DNA of 64,000 bases from Octopus sinensis (Eukaryota). Positions 1-12,940 of the stretch are shown here, in pieces. Location of the stretch: contig NC_042999.1 of assembly GCF_006345805.1 (NCBI RefSeq), forward strand, positions 54,188,001 to 54,252,000. Reading direction: 5' to 3'. The position numbers and the translations under genes were made by a program. How positions within the stretch are numbered: position 1 is the first letter of the stretch; each line of letters starts with the position of its first letter. The notes below the pieces were generated by a model, which was not told where the DNA came from, did no database searches, and saw nothing but the letters and a program-made list of their open reading frames with translations.

Positions 1-723
1 AATGCCCTTTAGTATTTAAAAGGTGGCCAGTGTTACACGGAAAACATGGCAACAGAAATACCTAGTAGAGATGGGTAGGTAGAATGTGGGGAGGGTTAAA
101 TGGTAGGGGGTAGGTGAATTGGTTGTGGTGGAGTGGAGTGTTGGTGGAAGGATGAGTGTGAGTGGAGGTGAAGTGATGAGCGTGAGTGGGGCAGTGGTGG
201 TGGCTGTTGAGAATTTGTGTACTGGGGGAGATTAGTAGTAGTGTAGGCTATGTTCTAGTGGTGAGTGTTAAAGTGATGTTTGCAGTACTACTAGTGTCTG
301 AGGTGATGGTCATTAGAGACACGTGACTTGTGATGGTACGGCTTGCTGCAGTGTTGTGAGGATGGTGTGTAGTAATATATATGTTGTTGTTGTTGTTGTG
401 GTGGTGGTGGTGGTGGTGGTTTATTGAGAAGGCAGGGCAGTGACCTTGACTGTCGCAGTCACCTCTCTGACAGAGCAGTTCAGTGTCAGTCGAGGCAAAT
501 GGCTCTGACCTTCCACACTGACCAGATTATCGTTAGCAGGGTCCAGTGACCACTTCACAGTAAAGAGAGAAAGCCATTCTTAGGTGTTGTAGCCTTGCTG
601 ATTCGAAGAGGTCACAGGTCCAGTTGAGTGGAATTATAATCAAAAGCAATCCAACTGTGACCGTCTATGACTACATTATCCAATTTCCTTCTTTATTTTT
701 AAAGTATTTTAATGATTACAACA

Positions 724-1140
724 ATCAAGGTCACTGATCAGATCAAGGTCACTGATCAGATCAAGGTCACTGATCAGATGAATGACAACGGTGAAGATCC
801 AGTACATCAGTAAAGGTCAAGGACAATAGCAAAAGTTCAATGACAATAGTAAAGGTCAAGGATGATGGTTAAGGCCATGAACAATAAAGACCAAGGACAA
901 TGGTTAAGGTCAAACGGAATGGTTAAAGTCAAGGATAATGTTTAAGGTCAAGGTCGATGGTTGAGGTCACGAACAACGGTTAAAGACAAGGTCATTTGTT
1001 AAGGTCAGGTACAATGATTTAGGTCAAGCGTATTGATACGGTGGAAGCCATCCGTATGATCGAATGCATTCCTATATTCCCAAGGTCATTAATAAGGTCA
1101 AATACATTAACAAGATTACGAACATTTACAAGGTCAAGGA
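724..1140 (+). repeat. Degenerate ~18-20 bp minisatellite built on AAGGTCA
   Basis: Three exact copies of ATCAAGGTCACTGATCAG (724-777), then degenerate units like ACAATGGTTAAGGTCAAGG; 14 AGGTCA hexamers, all on the + strand. Confidence 0.8.
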
Positions 1141-1520
1141 CACATACAAATCTTTTTTAATAAATGTGTTAATATTGATGAATGATAAACTATTATCGAT
1201 TAATAATTTGAAATGATTGGATTTTTGTTGCAGGGACATATCGAAGAGGACAGTTTTAATCTTCTACTCAGCCGTTTTAGATGGTTTTATATATGTTGGA
1301 GGGAACTTAGAACTCCGAGTATTTCACTAATCGTTGACTAATTAGTGTCACATGGATCAGGCGTTGAGTTGCATACGTGAGAGTACGGCGGAAAGCGGTG
1401 AGTAGGAAGGGATGGGGCGATAACGGTGCGGGTACAAGCGGAAATATTTGAGGAGGGACTGGGGCTAGTTTGGAGATTAAGATTAAAAGGGCCTGGATAG
1501 GCTGTGTGTGTCTGTCTGAC

Positions 1521-1551
1521 AGTAGCAGTAGTAGTAGTAGTAGTAGTAGTA

Positions 1552-1592
<41 letters not shown>
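1521..1592. repeat. (AGT)n microsatellite
   Basis: Direct trinucleotide run; source of the poly-T/poly-L/poly-S ORFs. Confidence 0.95.
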
Positions 1593-1593
<1 letters not shown>

Positions 1594-2128
1594 CAACAGC
1601 AGCGGCAATCATTGTGGTGGTGGTGGCAGTACTAACATTTAATTGTTTTTTCCTCAGAGTCCGGCTCTGAACGAAAGTAAAATTTCATTGGTCTAGCGAT
1701 AAGTGACGTCGGCAACTGGTGTTTGAGGTGTGTGGTGTTATTGTATAGTGATTTGGAGTTGCGGTTTCGAAACCCAGGAGGAAGACGGTTACTTTCTAGT
1801 AACTTCTTCTTTCACGTAATTGAATAACAAATTCGTAAACAATTCAAAAATTTTTATATAAAAAGATTGTGTGTAGATGTATGTATAACAATAATCAATG
1901 AGGAAGGACACTCACGCATACACACACGCACACACACGCATACACACACACACACACACACACACATATTTATTCATTCAAGTTTGTGCTTATGTCAAGT
2001 TATATATAAAAACAGTCTAACGTTAAACTTTGGTGTTTCTGGAGAATAATGAGATGGAAACTGACTTTTAAAAGAAGAAGAATATTTTAAAATAAGATAT
2101 GAAAGAGAATGTTTTACGAGAGAAAGTG

Positions 2129-2340
<212 letters not shown>

Positions 2341-2355
2341 TATATATACATATAT

Positions 2356-2642
2356 ATCACCGTGACTGACCGGACTATCAGATGTTGCTACACATCGCTG
2401 GTCACAATGCGCTTCGCATTCTTTTAGCCTTCGAATGGCGCCACCCCGCTGGCTAAGCGAGCAGGCCAACAGAAGAAAGAGTGAGAGAAAATAGTGGTGA
2501 AAGAGTACAGCAGGGATCGCCACCCCACCCCTGCCGGAGCCGCGTGGAGCTTTAGGTGTTTTCGCTCAATAAACACTCACAACGCTCGGTCTGGGAATCG
2601 AAACCGCGAATCCGCTGCCCTAACCACTGGGCCATTGAGCCT

Positions 2643-2644
<2 letters not shown>
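2356..2644 (-). mobile_element. tRNA-derived SINE (family C), near full length
   Basis: Minus strand starts GGAGGCTCAATGGCCCAGTGGTTAGGGCAGCGG (A box) ...GGTTTCGATTCCC (B box); 3' part recurs at 4907-5028 and 15452-15572. Confidence 0.8.
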
Positions 2645-2728
<84 letters not shown>

Positions 2729-3637
2729 TATATTATATATATATATTATATATATATATATATACATATACATATACACACTTATGTTAATGTTGTCAAG
2801 TATATAAACGTTTAGCATGAAACTGTTAATTACTCGATACGTTTTTTTAGAGTGCATGTATAAGAAAATACACACATTACACACACACACACATACACAC
2901 GCCCACACACTTGTCTGACTGTTCAAATGTCAAGAGCTGTTATCGTTAAATGAAAGCTTATTTAATAAGTTACACAACAAACATGTCAAGTGTATTTACG
3001 ATAATAGAAGAGAATAAATACTGGTCGGGACTGGTAAATACTGAATTAACTTCCTAAGGAAGACAAACTATGTATGGACATTACAACGGGAGACAACTCC
3101 CTACAGGTTTCCCCCTTCCTTTAACAGATTTCATCAGTGGGACATATGTAGATACCCCGTATCACTACGGGTCTATTTTAACCAGTAACTTGCTGTTACT
3201 TGTATGAGTCGGCAGCGCCAGCTCAAACCGTCTGGCCATGATGCTCGATTTTCCGTTCTAGACTCTGCTAACCGTGTCTTCTTCCCCGAGAATCCGTCTG
3301 GAATGGCGGCTGGTGTTGGTCAAGCTCCTGTCACACGGTCACGACGGATGTGGCAGTGTCTTACAGAGATGAGGAGTGACGGGGACTCAGGTCAACGGGC
3401 GACCCGGGAGGACCCGGGAATACAGACACTGACAAATGGTGAATGCAGCAACGCTCTACGACGGCGCATGCCCTCCAACACCTGACCTGACCTAACTGAC
3501 TGAATATATTGCATCAGATTCCTGTTGAGAATTTGAAGGCGACGAAGGTTTCATAGACTGAATTTCATTTCGACATATTCTATGGAATCATCAGTCGGTC
3601 ATGAAAGGGGCAGAAAGATATAGTAAAGTGCTGAAGT

Positions 3638-3763
<126 letters not shown>

Positions 3764-4057
3764 ATATGTATATATATATATTATATATATATATATGTAT
3801 GTATGTATATATGTATATATATATATATCATGAATTGCTCGAAATATGGAGTAGGGAAACAGCTGACAACTGGTGAAGGGCCATTCTTTATGTTACTGGT
3901 CTTGTTTTCCATTTCATTCTTTCGTTGTTCGGATACAAAACTTTGTCTTCGTATTTTATGTTTTCGTATTTCATATTGTTTACGTTTATGACGTCCTGTA
4001 CCCATATATGCATGTATATATACATATGTATTTAAGTATGTACATATATGCATATAA

Positions 4058-4090
<33 letters not shown>

Positions 4091-4846
4091 TGTATGTATG
4101 TATGTATGTATGTATGTATGATGTATGTATGTATGTATCTCTCATTTTTACTTTCTCTCTATTCATCTTCTCTTTCCTCTGATCCTTTGGTCTAGTCTTC
4201 CACTACCCTCCTATTTCTTTGTCTCGCTCTGCACTCACAGGTCATTCTTCGACACCCATCCCTTCTCCTCTCTGATTCCTTCTTTCTCTCTCTTCTCTCT
4301 CTTTGTTGCGTTTTGTCCCCCTTTTCTCTCTCTCTCTTCCTTTGCTTCTCTTTCTTTTCTTTTCCCTCTTCTCTGTCACGTGACTGTTGGCCGAAATCTG
4401 CCTTTCAGCTCCTGACCCTCGTCGTGTTAACATCGTTGTTCTTCGTCCGCCGCTATAAAGGCTTTTTCCAATGCGCCAGAGAAAAAATTTGTTTGCTTGT
4501 TATCAGTCGTAAGACACTTGTTGTTTTCACACCGTTAATGCTTCTGTATTTCATGTTTCTGTATTCCATTATTGTTTTTTGTTTTTTTTATATCTGTCCC
4601 TTTTGCTGTCCTGGTGTTCGTATGCATTCGATCCTTCTTCCAGGAAATCTACGCTTCCAGCTTAGTTTTTCTTGGAGGGCTGGCCGTGATCTAGTAATCT
4701 CAAGATTAATCAGCCGAAATTACTACGATGATCCGGTTCTTGACTGAAGACTGAGGGGTTCGAATGTCCTGTCCATGTTTATTGTATCGTCTTCTATGAG
4801 TTATACGTTCTTGTCCATGTTGTATTTTTCTACATACCTTAATATA

Positions 4847-4906
<60 letters not shown>

Positions 4907-4907
<1 letters not shown>

Positions 4908-5028
4908 TGGCTTACTCGCTTAGCCAGCGGGGTGGCGTCATTCGAAGGCTAAAACAATGCGAACGCATTGTGACTAGCGATGTGTAGCAACATCTGATGG
5001 TCTGGTCGGTCACGTGATCACGTGATAC
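4907..5028 (+). mobile_element. SINE family C, 3' fragment
   Basis: Reverse complement of 2356-2470; ends in ...GGTCACGTGATCACGTGAT. Confidence 0.8.
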
Positions 5029-6174
5029 ACACACACACACAGTCTTCTTTTGGTGGTTTCGTTTAATAGTCTGCGGCCATGCTGGAGTACTACCTTTAAG
5101 AGATTTAATAATGTCCGGTAAAATTATTTTGCCAGTCTCGTAAGATACGAAATACAAAGCTTCTATCGATGCAAAAGGAGATCATTCTGTAGATTTTAAC
5201 TGTGCTTTTGTTACACACACACATACACACATACATACATACATACATACATACATACATACATACATACATACATACAAGCGTTCAGCTAGTACTCCGT
5301 CGGATGCGACGACGAGTGTTCTAGTTGATCCGATCAACAGAGCAGCCAGCTCGTTAAATGATTATAATTATTGTATGCATGCCATATTTTTTTACTATAT
5401 TTCCTGATAATACCCAATGTGGCAAATATATATTTCCAGAGTGACTTGTCATATGACGGACAACAATCTAGTTTGTGTGTGTCCGTGTGTCCGTGTGTGT
5501 GTGTGTGAGTGTGTGTGTGTGTGCGTGCGTGCGAATGTCCGTCCTCCCGTGCGTACGGATGTCCGTCCGTCCGTCTGTTCGTGCCTGCGAGCGTAAGTTG
5601 GTACACTGATTTGAGTATCTGCTTTGAGAATAACTTCTTCCCCACCCTCACACCCCAACCACTAATTTCATGGGGTCCTTAATCCTTCTCTAAGCACGTC
5701 CTACATCTTTTTATTTTCAATAATTTCCCACAGAACAAAAAAAAAAAAATCTACATCCTTATTAGAACCGCGATAAAATATGAAATGATGTCATAACGTA
5801 TTCCACACCACACTAAATACGGAGGCGCTCGCTTCACAAATTCTACAAAGCAGGGTTTGTTTACAGCGATACCAGCCACTGACGTCATTTTCTCTCTGCT
5901 TACCATTTTAGCTCGGAACCAAAAATAGTTTTTTTTAAAAAAGGGTAGACAGACATTAGAAATATTCTATTCCTGTATTTTATGTTTAAAATAAATCAAC
6001 TTAAAGTACCAATTAGCACCAGTTCACTCACGGTACTTATGGGCTTTTTTTAAAAAATTGGAATCAACGTCAAGATTAATTATCCTACTTCTCTTTTAAA
6101 CAGGAAACTTCGGAGTTGTTAAAAATTAATGGATGCGTTTGCAGATGCACCGCTTTTTAAATGCGTGGGTGCAT

Positions 6175-7140
6175 GTAGGTGTGTTTGTGTGTGTGTACGT
6201 GCGTGTGTGTAGGTGTGCGTGTGTGTGTGCGTGCGTGCGTGTCTGTAGGTGTGTGTGTGTGTGTGTGTGTGTACGTGCGTGTGTGTAGGTGTGCGTGTGT
6301 GTGTGCGTGCGTGCGTGTCTGTAGGTGTGTGTGTGTGTGTGTACGTGCGTGTGTGTAGGTGTGCGTGTGTGTGTGCGTGCGTGCGTGTCTGTAGGTGTGT
6401 GTGTGTGTGTGTACGTGCGTGTGTGTAGGTGTGCGTGTGTGTGTGCGTGCGTGCGTGTCTGTAGGTGTGTTTGTGTGTGTTGTGTACGTGCGTGTGTGTA
6501 GGTGTGCGTGTGTGTGTGCGGCGTGCGTGTCTGTAGGTGTGTTTGTGTGTGTGTGTACGTGCGTGTGTGTAGGTGTGCGTGTGTGTGTGCGTGCGTGCGT
6601 GTCTGTAGGTGTGTGTGTTTGTGTGTGTGTACGTGCGTGTGTGTAGTGTGCGTGTGTGTGTGCGTGCGTGCGTGTCTGTAGGTGTGTGTGTGTGTGTTGT
6701 GTGTGTACGTGCGTGTGTGTAGGTGTGCGTGTGTGTGTGCGTGCGTGCGTGTCTGTAGGTGTGTGTGTGGTGTGTACGTGCGTGGTGTGTAGGTGTGCGT
6801 GTGTGGTGCGTGCGTGCGTGTCTGTAGGTGTGTGTGTGTGTGTGTACGTGCGTGTGTGTAGGTGTGCGTGGTGTGTGTGCGTGCGTGCGTGTCTGTAGGT
6901 GTGTTTGTGTGTGTGTGTACGTGCGTGTGTGTAGGTGTGCGTGTGTGTGTGCGTGCGTGTGTGTCTGTAGGTGTGTTGTGTGTGTGTGTACGTGCGTGTG
7001 TGTAGGTGTGCGTGTGTGTGTGCGTGCGTGCGTGTCTGTAGGTGTGTGTGTTTGTGTGTGTGTACGTGCGTGTGTGTAGGTGTGCGTGTGTGTGTGCGTG
7101 CGTGCGTGTCTGTAGGTGTGTGTGTGTGTGTGTGTGTGTG
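6175..7140. repeat. ~72-bp GT-based minisatellite, ~13 units
   Basis: Anchor GTCTGTAGGT recurs at ~6241, 6317, 6387, 6457, 6529, 6601, 6673, 6751, 6819, 6891, 6963, 7033, 7107. Confidence 0.9.
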
Positions 7141-7204
7141 TATTTCAATGTCGCTACTAAGGTCACGGGAATGTATTGCATCATGTTACTCTTTTGCACG
7201 TCTT

Positions 7205-7365
7205 CTTGCTTCAGTCATTAGACTGCGGGCATACTGGGGCAGCCCAGTATTTATTTTTCAAGCCTGGTACTTATTCTAACGAACGCTACTGGCCGAACGG
7301 CAAAATCACGCGGACACAAAGAAACCAACACCGGTTGACGAGCAGCGGGAGAGACAAACACAATA
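7205..7365 (-). mobile_element. SINE family A, degenerate 3' half
   Basis: TTCAGTCATTAGACTGCGG..CATACTGG matches the reverse complement of the family A tail (CCAGCATGGCCGCAGTC..TGACTGAA). Confidence 0.6.
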
Positions 7366-7480
7366 ATATTGCGCACACATCACACATACAAGCATGCGTA
7401 CATACATATCTAGATATGTATATATATATGCTTAATGTGTATGTATGCATATATAATATATATATAATATATATATATAT

Positions 7481-7563
<83 letters not shown>

Positions 7564-7661
7564 CAGAACGAAAGCGATATATATGCGCATGTATAATATA
7601 AATAATAAGTATATATGCATATATATATATGTATATACGTATATATATATATATATATTAT

Positions 7662-7719
<58 letters not shown>

Positions 7720-7984
7720 TATATTGTATGTATGTATATGTGTATATGCATATGTATATAATTGCATATATACGTGTGTATGTCTACATACATACATACA
7801 TACATACATACATACATACATACATACATACATACATACATACATACATACATAAACATGTACGTGTACAAATAGTACATGAACAAATAGTTGTTGGTTT
7901 TTAATAAGCGTCGAAATGTGTATTGAACGATTCAAGTTAGATGATATTTATTCGAACGCATAATTACCGTTAGAATAGCAGAAA

Positions 7985-8277
7985 TCTTTACATATGAAAG
8001 TGAAGTTGTGTGTCTGTCTCCTACGATTTAGATTCCTAACTACTCCCACATTTTGCGGTGCAGTTTAACCAAAAGCGGGTTATAGTCGTGATTCATATCG
8101 AGCCCTTCTGGGTATTAGCGCGCGTCGACGATGAGTCTACGATTTAAAAAAAAATTACCATCATTTTTTCCCATTTTTAATGCATTTTTTTGCTATTATA
8201 TAAGGGAAGTAACTCTCTAAAAATGCTTATATAGTTATTTCCCTTACAAACCCGAGCAACGCCGGGCGATACTGTTA

Positions 8278-8278
<1 letters not shown>
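7985..8278 (+). mobile_element. Non-autonomous Helitron
   Basis: 5' TC(T)TTACATATGAAA, 3' subterminal hairpin CCCGAGCAACGCCGGG then TTAG|T (CTAG-like); closely similar to 22120-22632. Confidence 0.75.
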
Positions 8279-8335
<57 letters not shown>

Positions 8336-8351
8336 GAGTCAAGACAGCTTG

Positions 8352-9060
8352 ATTCAAGCGTGTTGCTAAGCTTCAGACATTTTCAATTTGAATGAAAGAA
8401 GTTGGTTGTTATTATCCCAAGTTGGGCTGCGACTAGTCGAGGAAGGTCAAGCAGTGTCGTGGTTTAATGTTGGTATATCAATATATCAGCGATAAAAGTT
8501 ATTGGACGCGCAGGTGCACGACATCACCCCCGCACACACACACACTCAAACACACACGCATGCATATGAATGAACAAGCGCGCGTATACACACACACATA
8601 CACGCTACATGTGTGTTTATGCGCGTGTATATGAGTGTCGCGCATGTTCGTTCACATATGTGGGTGGAGCCTGCGCACCCATGTACAGTGCGCATGCTCG
8701 CATCAATACAGACATGAGCGCAAAAACCTGTGAGTGCGTCCACACACCCACTTATACAACTATATACTTGCACATACCGCCCCTTCCTTTTTCCCTTCCA
8801 ACAACCCGACCGATGTCTTGCCCACCACGCGGTCTATTTCCTGTTCACCATGCAGTATTTTCCAACTAGGTGTTGCCGCTGATATACCAATATACCAACA
8901 TCAAACCACGACACCACGTCACCTCCCTCGACCAATCGCAGCTCACCTTATGTAATACCAATCAACTTTTCATTCAAATTGAAAATGGCTGAAGACTAGC
9001 ATCACGCTTGTAACTCGGAGTACCAACGAATTTGAATTAAACTTTTTTGACCCATACATG
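8352..9060 (+). mobile_element. Penelope-like remnant with inverted repeat arms (~8352-8506 / ~8861-9012)
   Basis: CATTTTCAATTTGAATGAAAG..GTGTCGTGGTTTAATGTTGGTATAT is the reverse complement of ATATACCAACATCAAACCACGACAC..CTTTTCATTCAAATTGAAAATG; the right arm ends in a hammerhead motif. Confidence 0.65.
8986..9025 (+). ncRNA. Minimal type-I hammerhead ribozyme motif, core mutated (GAA->GTA)
   Basis: TGG-CTGAAGA-CT-AGC ATCAC GCT-T-GTA-ACTCGGAGT-A-CCA: stem I TGG/CCA, near-palindromic stem III. Confidence 0.55.
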
Positions 9061-10349
9061 TAACTCCCGATACATGAGTGTCCTTCTTTCGTGTGTCCAT
9101 ACACTCGTGTGTGTGTGTGTTGTTGGTGATCAAAACACTTCATCTCTTATTGCTCTGTGATCACTTCCACACCTGACGCGCGGCACACTGTACACCTATT
9201 CAAGCAACGTCGATTTGATGGAGGGAGTTAGCTAGAGTGCGGCGCAAACATTTGATCACTATATACAAATCACTTGTGCAGGTCGTTCGGCACAAAGCTG
9301 AACGCTTATACGTTGTCTTCGACGGGAGACTCCATCATACATATGCATACATACTACGGGTTGGGCTTCGTCTACCAGTTTCCCTCTAACAAATCTCTTT
9401 CATTCGCCGCACAGTGAAACCGAACCCGAAGCTATTCACTTGTGAAACGGAAACCTTACCTCGAATAACACCACTCTCACGTGACATTATTGTCCATTTA
9501 TGTAGGACGATACTGTCGAATATATGCAAGTATGGTAGAGCCACGCTTGAGTATTGCACAGGTATCTGAAAAACCGGCACAACACCTGTCAACATACTCA
9601 TATATATTAACTTACTTCTCATGTATCTAGGACAATATTCCTTCTGTCTCTACAAACATCCTAGACCCGCATAACAAACCTGCTTACCGATCTGAGACAG
9701 CACTGTTATTACGTACAAGGCATCGTGGTGTACGTGACAGTACGGCTCACCTACATGCGACAACACTGCTGTTATATTTTTAAAATGTCACAGACGACAT
9801 TATAGGACAGCTTGTATAACAGGGACAATTTATATACACTAACATAATAGATCTTCATTATTGCTCCCCTATTTGGAGCAGAACTGCTATTATATACACG
9901 AAGTCTAGAGGCACGTTACAGAACTCATATATAAGAGACTGTGCCGTTACTGTAAGCAAATTCTGAATTATATAAGAAAAAGTCTGTCCAACTATACAAA
10001 CATGACCTCTGGGTCACCACACACGAGTTGTTTCTTTTCCCTCTCACAGTTACTGTTTTTGTTTATTTTCCTGTCAACTAAACATTGAAATGTCATAAAC
10101 AGCCTAATCCAACAGTGTACTTTCATTCCTAAAATATCTCATCCTTAAATTAGTTGTCCCTAAAACTAAGATCCCATAGAATTCTGTGCCTGCCTATGGT
10201 TTTCTTTTCTTGCACCACTGACCTATGGACGTTTGAAATTAAGATTTCCTCGAAATAAATAAAGTTAAAACAAACTTCTTTGACCACAAGGACTTTGTGA
10301 CCTGTTTCCAAATGACTGCATTGGAGAATATCGGTTTCAACTTTTAACA

Positions 10350-10530
10350 CAAGGCCAGCAATTTCAGGGAAAGGGCTAAGTCGATTTCATCAACGTCAGT
10401 ACTCAATTGCTCCTTATTTTATAAGACCCCGAAAAGATGAAAGGCAAAGTCGACATCGTCGAAATTTGAACTCAGAATGTAATGACGGACGAAATGCCGC
10501 AAAGCATTTTTCCCGGCCAGTGTTCAGCCA
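10350..10530 (-). mobile_element. SINE family B
   Basis: GACCCCGAAAAGATGAAAGGCAAAGTCGAC..GAAATTTGAACTCAGAA, the same core as the many copies at 34, 49 and 58 kb. Confidence 0.8.
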
Positions 10531-11505
10531 ACCCCCCCACCTTCGCATAGGAGAATATTACAAACTGCTTCATCGATATAATTTTATCTCTTGAGCAAGA
10601 ACATATCAATCAAGCAATGGCATACACTTTACTTCCCGTTTTTTCTGATCGTGTCTATCAAATCATCTCAGAGAACAACATGGCTCTATTTTCCACAAGT
10701 TCAGAGAAAAATTTAATATTCTTACGTATAACTCCAAAAGAGATACCTAACACAAAACCATGCTGTGTATGTATGGATATATTCCAATGTTTGTAGACTA
10801 AAAGCTGCAATTATTATAGTTGAAGGTTTGCTATATCTGGCACCACATAAGTTCCATATGTTTTGATGTTTATAAAACCTAATGAGATAAACCGGTAGAA
10901 TTGGAAACCAATTAGGAAAGCCTTCTGTTTCTGAGAATTGCCAATACAGATTTCACACAAAAATTGGCCACAGTTCTGCAACGGTCTGTGAGGATTTCTA
11001 ATTATTTTTATATAATTTTTCATTTCCATCACTAAGGCTGTTGCTATTGTTGTTGCAGTAGTTTAACCCCAGGTCTAACCTGATCGAGCAAATCTTATGA
11101 TCTAAAGTGGCTTTTTATGGACCTAGGACTCTGCTCACTGCCGTCACTTTTAATAAACGCCTCCACTCAGATATCATACCACAATTACCAGTCATTCTTC
11201 CCCCGAGTGTCTCTGGGTTCCTTTCTCTTTTTTAATCAACAGTAGTTTTCCACTAGAAGAAGAGATTGTTTCTCTGAACTTGATGTCCCTCTTATATTTG
11301 TTTTCAAGGGAAACGTTAAAAACGTTGACCCTAAGGGAGACAGAGGCCCTAACAATGCCATTACACCAGACGAAACTTTTTTCAAAAAGCGATAAGATTG
11401 TCCCAGATCTTATTTAGTTGACACACACACACGCGCACGCATACATACATACATACAAACATACATACATACATACATACATACATACATACATACATAC
11501 ATACA

Positions 11506-11536
<31 letters not shown>

Positions 11537-11549
11537 GCGTATATATGTA

Positions 11550-11985
11550 TAATATAAGGCAAATGGAGAGTCTGGGCACACAAAATATCAATTTATTTAT
11601 ATAATAGTCAATTTCATGTCGCCTACGTACGTTTCAACTTCTTACCTCCGTTCATATTTTCCAATTAAGATTGCATTATGCATTTACAAGGTAAAAATCT
11701 CATCAGGGCAAAAAATTGACAAAAAACTCATTCCCATTCTAATGGATAGAGAGTTGCTTATCAACTCTCCATCCACCTTTTAAATGCATAATGCAATTTT
11801 CGTCGCAAAATATGAATGAAGGTAAGAAATTGAAACGTACGTAGGAGATTGACTGTTATATAAATGAATTGATTTTTTTTTCTGTGTTCAAACTCTCCAT
11901 TTTCCTTATATTATTAAAATTCTCTTCTCGTATATCGAATGGAAGAAAACGCCTATAATGACTACTGGATTAAATACTAACACGA
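11550..11985. mobile_element. Penelope-like remnant with inverted arms (~11550-11692 / ~11775-11913)
   Basis: AATATAAGGCAAATGGAGAG...AAGGT is an imperfect reverse complement of ACCTT...CTCTCCATTTTCCTTATATT; the left arm extends into a complete hammerhead on the - strand. Confidence 0.7.
11621..11709 (-). ncRNA. Type-I hammerhead ribozyme motif, intact core
   Basis: Minus strand: GCC-CTGATGA-GATTTTTACCT...AGGTAAGAAGTT-GAA-ACGTACGT-A-GGC; stem I GCC/GGC, long stem II, palindromic stem III, GUA cleavage triplet. Confidence 0.75.
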
Positions 11986-12238
11986 ATTAATGAATTCCAA
12001 GTATATTAACCGATATGAAGCTAAACCGGTGTACGATTGGATAAAATGCATCCATGTAAAAGAGCATGTATGTGTGTGTTCGCGTGAGTGTATATGATAC
12101 TGTGTGATATGGAAATTGCCAGTAGAGACATCTTATTTCGTTTTGCAAATAATAATACACTTCCAAGCATACCTGAAGGTTCACAAATCCATGCTGCGCT
12201 CTACTCTTGTGTCAGCAGTGCGATACAATCCTTTTTAA

Positions 12239-12408
12239 CCCTTTAACATTGAAACCGGTCATATCTGGTCAAAATACTGTACCTGTTTTATATTCATATC
12301 AGTCAGATCCAGCCTCTCAAATCAACCAGATCATGCATGATTATTAATTCAAAACAAAGTGAATAAAATAAGCTACACATTTGACAAAATACTTTAAATG
12401 CTAAAGGG
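12239..12408. mobile_element. piggyBac-type MITE (degenerate)
   Basis: TTAA|CCCTTTAACATT ... AATGCTAAAGGG terminal inverted repeats; right TTAA is not intact. Confidence 0.5.
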
Positions 12409-12479
12409 ATACCATCTCAACAGTAACATCGTAGCTTTCATTACTGTTTCCAAATTCAAAAGAAAATTTGTAGACATTA

Positions 12480-12940
12480 CTCAAAGCTGTATGAGCCGTG
12501 AGCGGTACATCATTTGTACGATGTGGAGAATATACCGCCAACTTTGCCCAAACGACCTGAACATTAGCTTCAAGGTTCATCCAAGACTGGGACCACGGGC
12601 CATACGTGCCCTGCCCAATTCAAGATCACAGCATACATGTACACTGCAACATAATTTCTTTTCTTCAACAGGCCCTGCCCTATTTAACATTGTCCCGAAA
12701 GAGATCAAAGAGGAAAAGGATCCCATCAACTTTAAACGGAGTCTGGATAGATTTCTTCAAGGAATACCAGATAAGCTACCCATAATTGGATACAACTCAC
12801 CCAACAAAAACTCACTACTTGAATGGACCATAAACAAAACTTGACTTAAACAGGATTCAAATAATCCTATCAGGTGGTGCTATTAAGTTAGACATGGCCT
12901 GGACCAATCTTTGGTCGAAACATATCTAAGTTTATCTAAA
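12480..12940 (+). mobile_element. CR1-group LINE, 5'-truncated 3' end (ORF2 C-terminus + 3' UTR)
   Basis: RERYIICTMWRIY...GPALFNIVPKEIK...FKRSLDRFLQGIPD..GY..N.NSLLEW resembles the CR1-group ORF2 tail; same family as 37769-38101; 3' UTR GTGGTGCT..AGTTAGACATGGCCTGG is shared. Confidence 0.75.

Noticed and set aside
1234-1341. + strand exon after TTTTTGTTGCAG
   Set aside because: Short frames with no recognisable peptide and no partner exons
3099-3141. Hammerhead on the - strand (CTGATGA...GAA-ACCTGT-A-GGG)
   Set aside because: Stem II does not pair and stem I is mismatched; possibly a decayed seventh family, not counted
3351-3372. TGGCAGTGTCTTA resembling the miR-34 5' end
   Set aside because: Match stops after 13 nt and I see no precursor hairpin
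4742-4775. CTGAAGA...GAA hammerhead-like text at the end of a probable repeat (3830-4840)
   Set aside because: No convincing stems I-III
5780-5890. CRE (TGACGTCA) plus forkhead (TGTTTAC) enhancer
   Set aside because: Short motifs expected by chance in 64 kb; no independent support
6126-7199. 357-aa His/Thr-rich ORF
   Set aside because: Translation of the 72-bp GT minisatellite; the repeat is read openly in several frames
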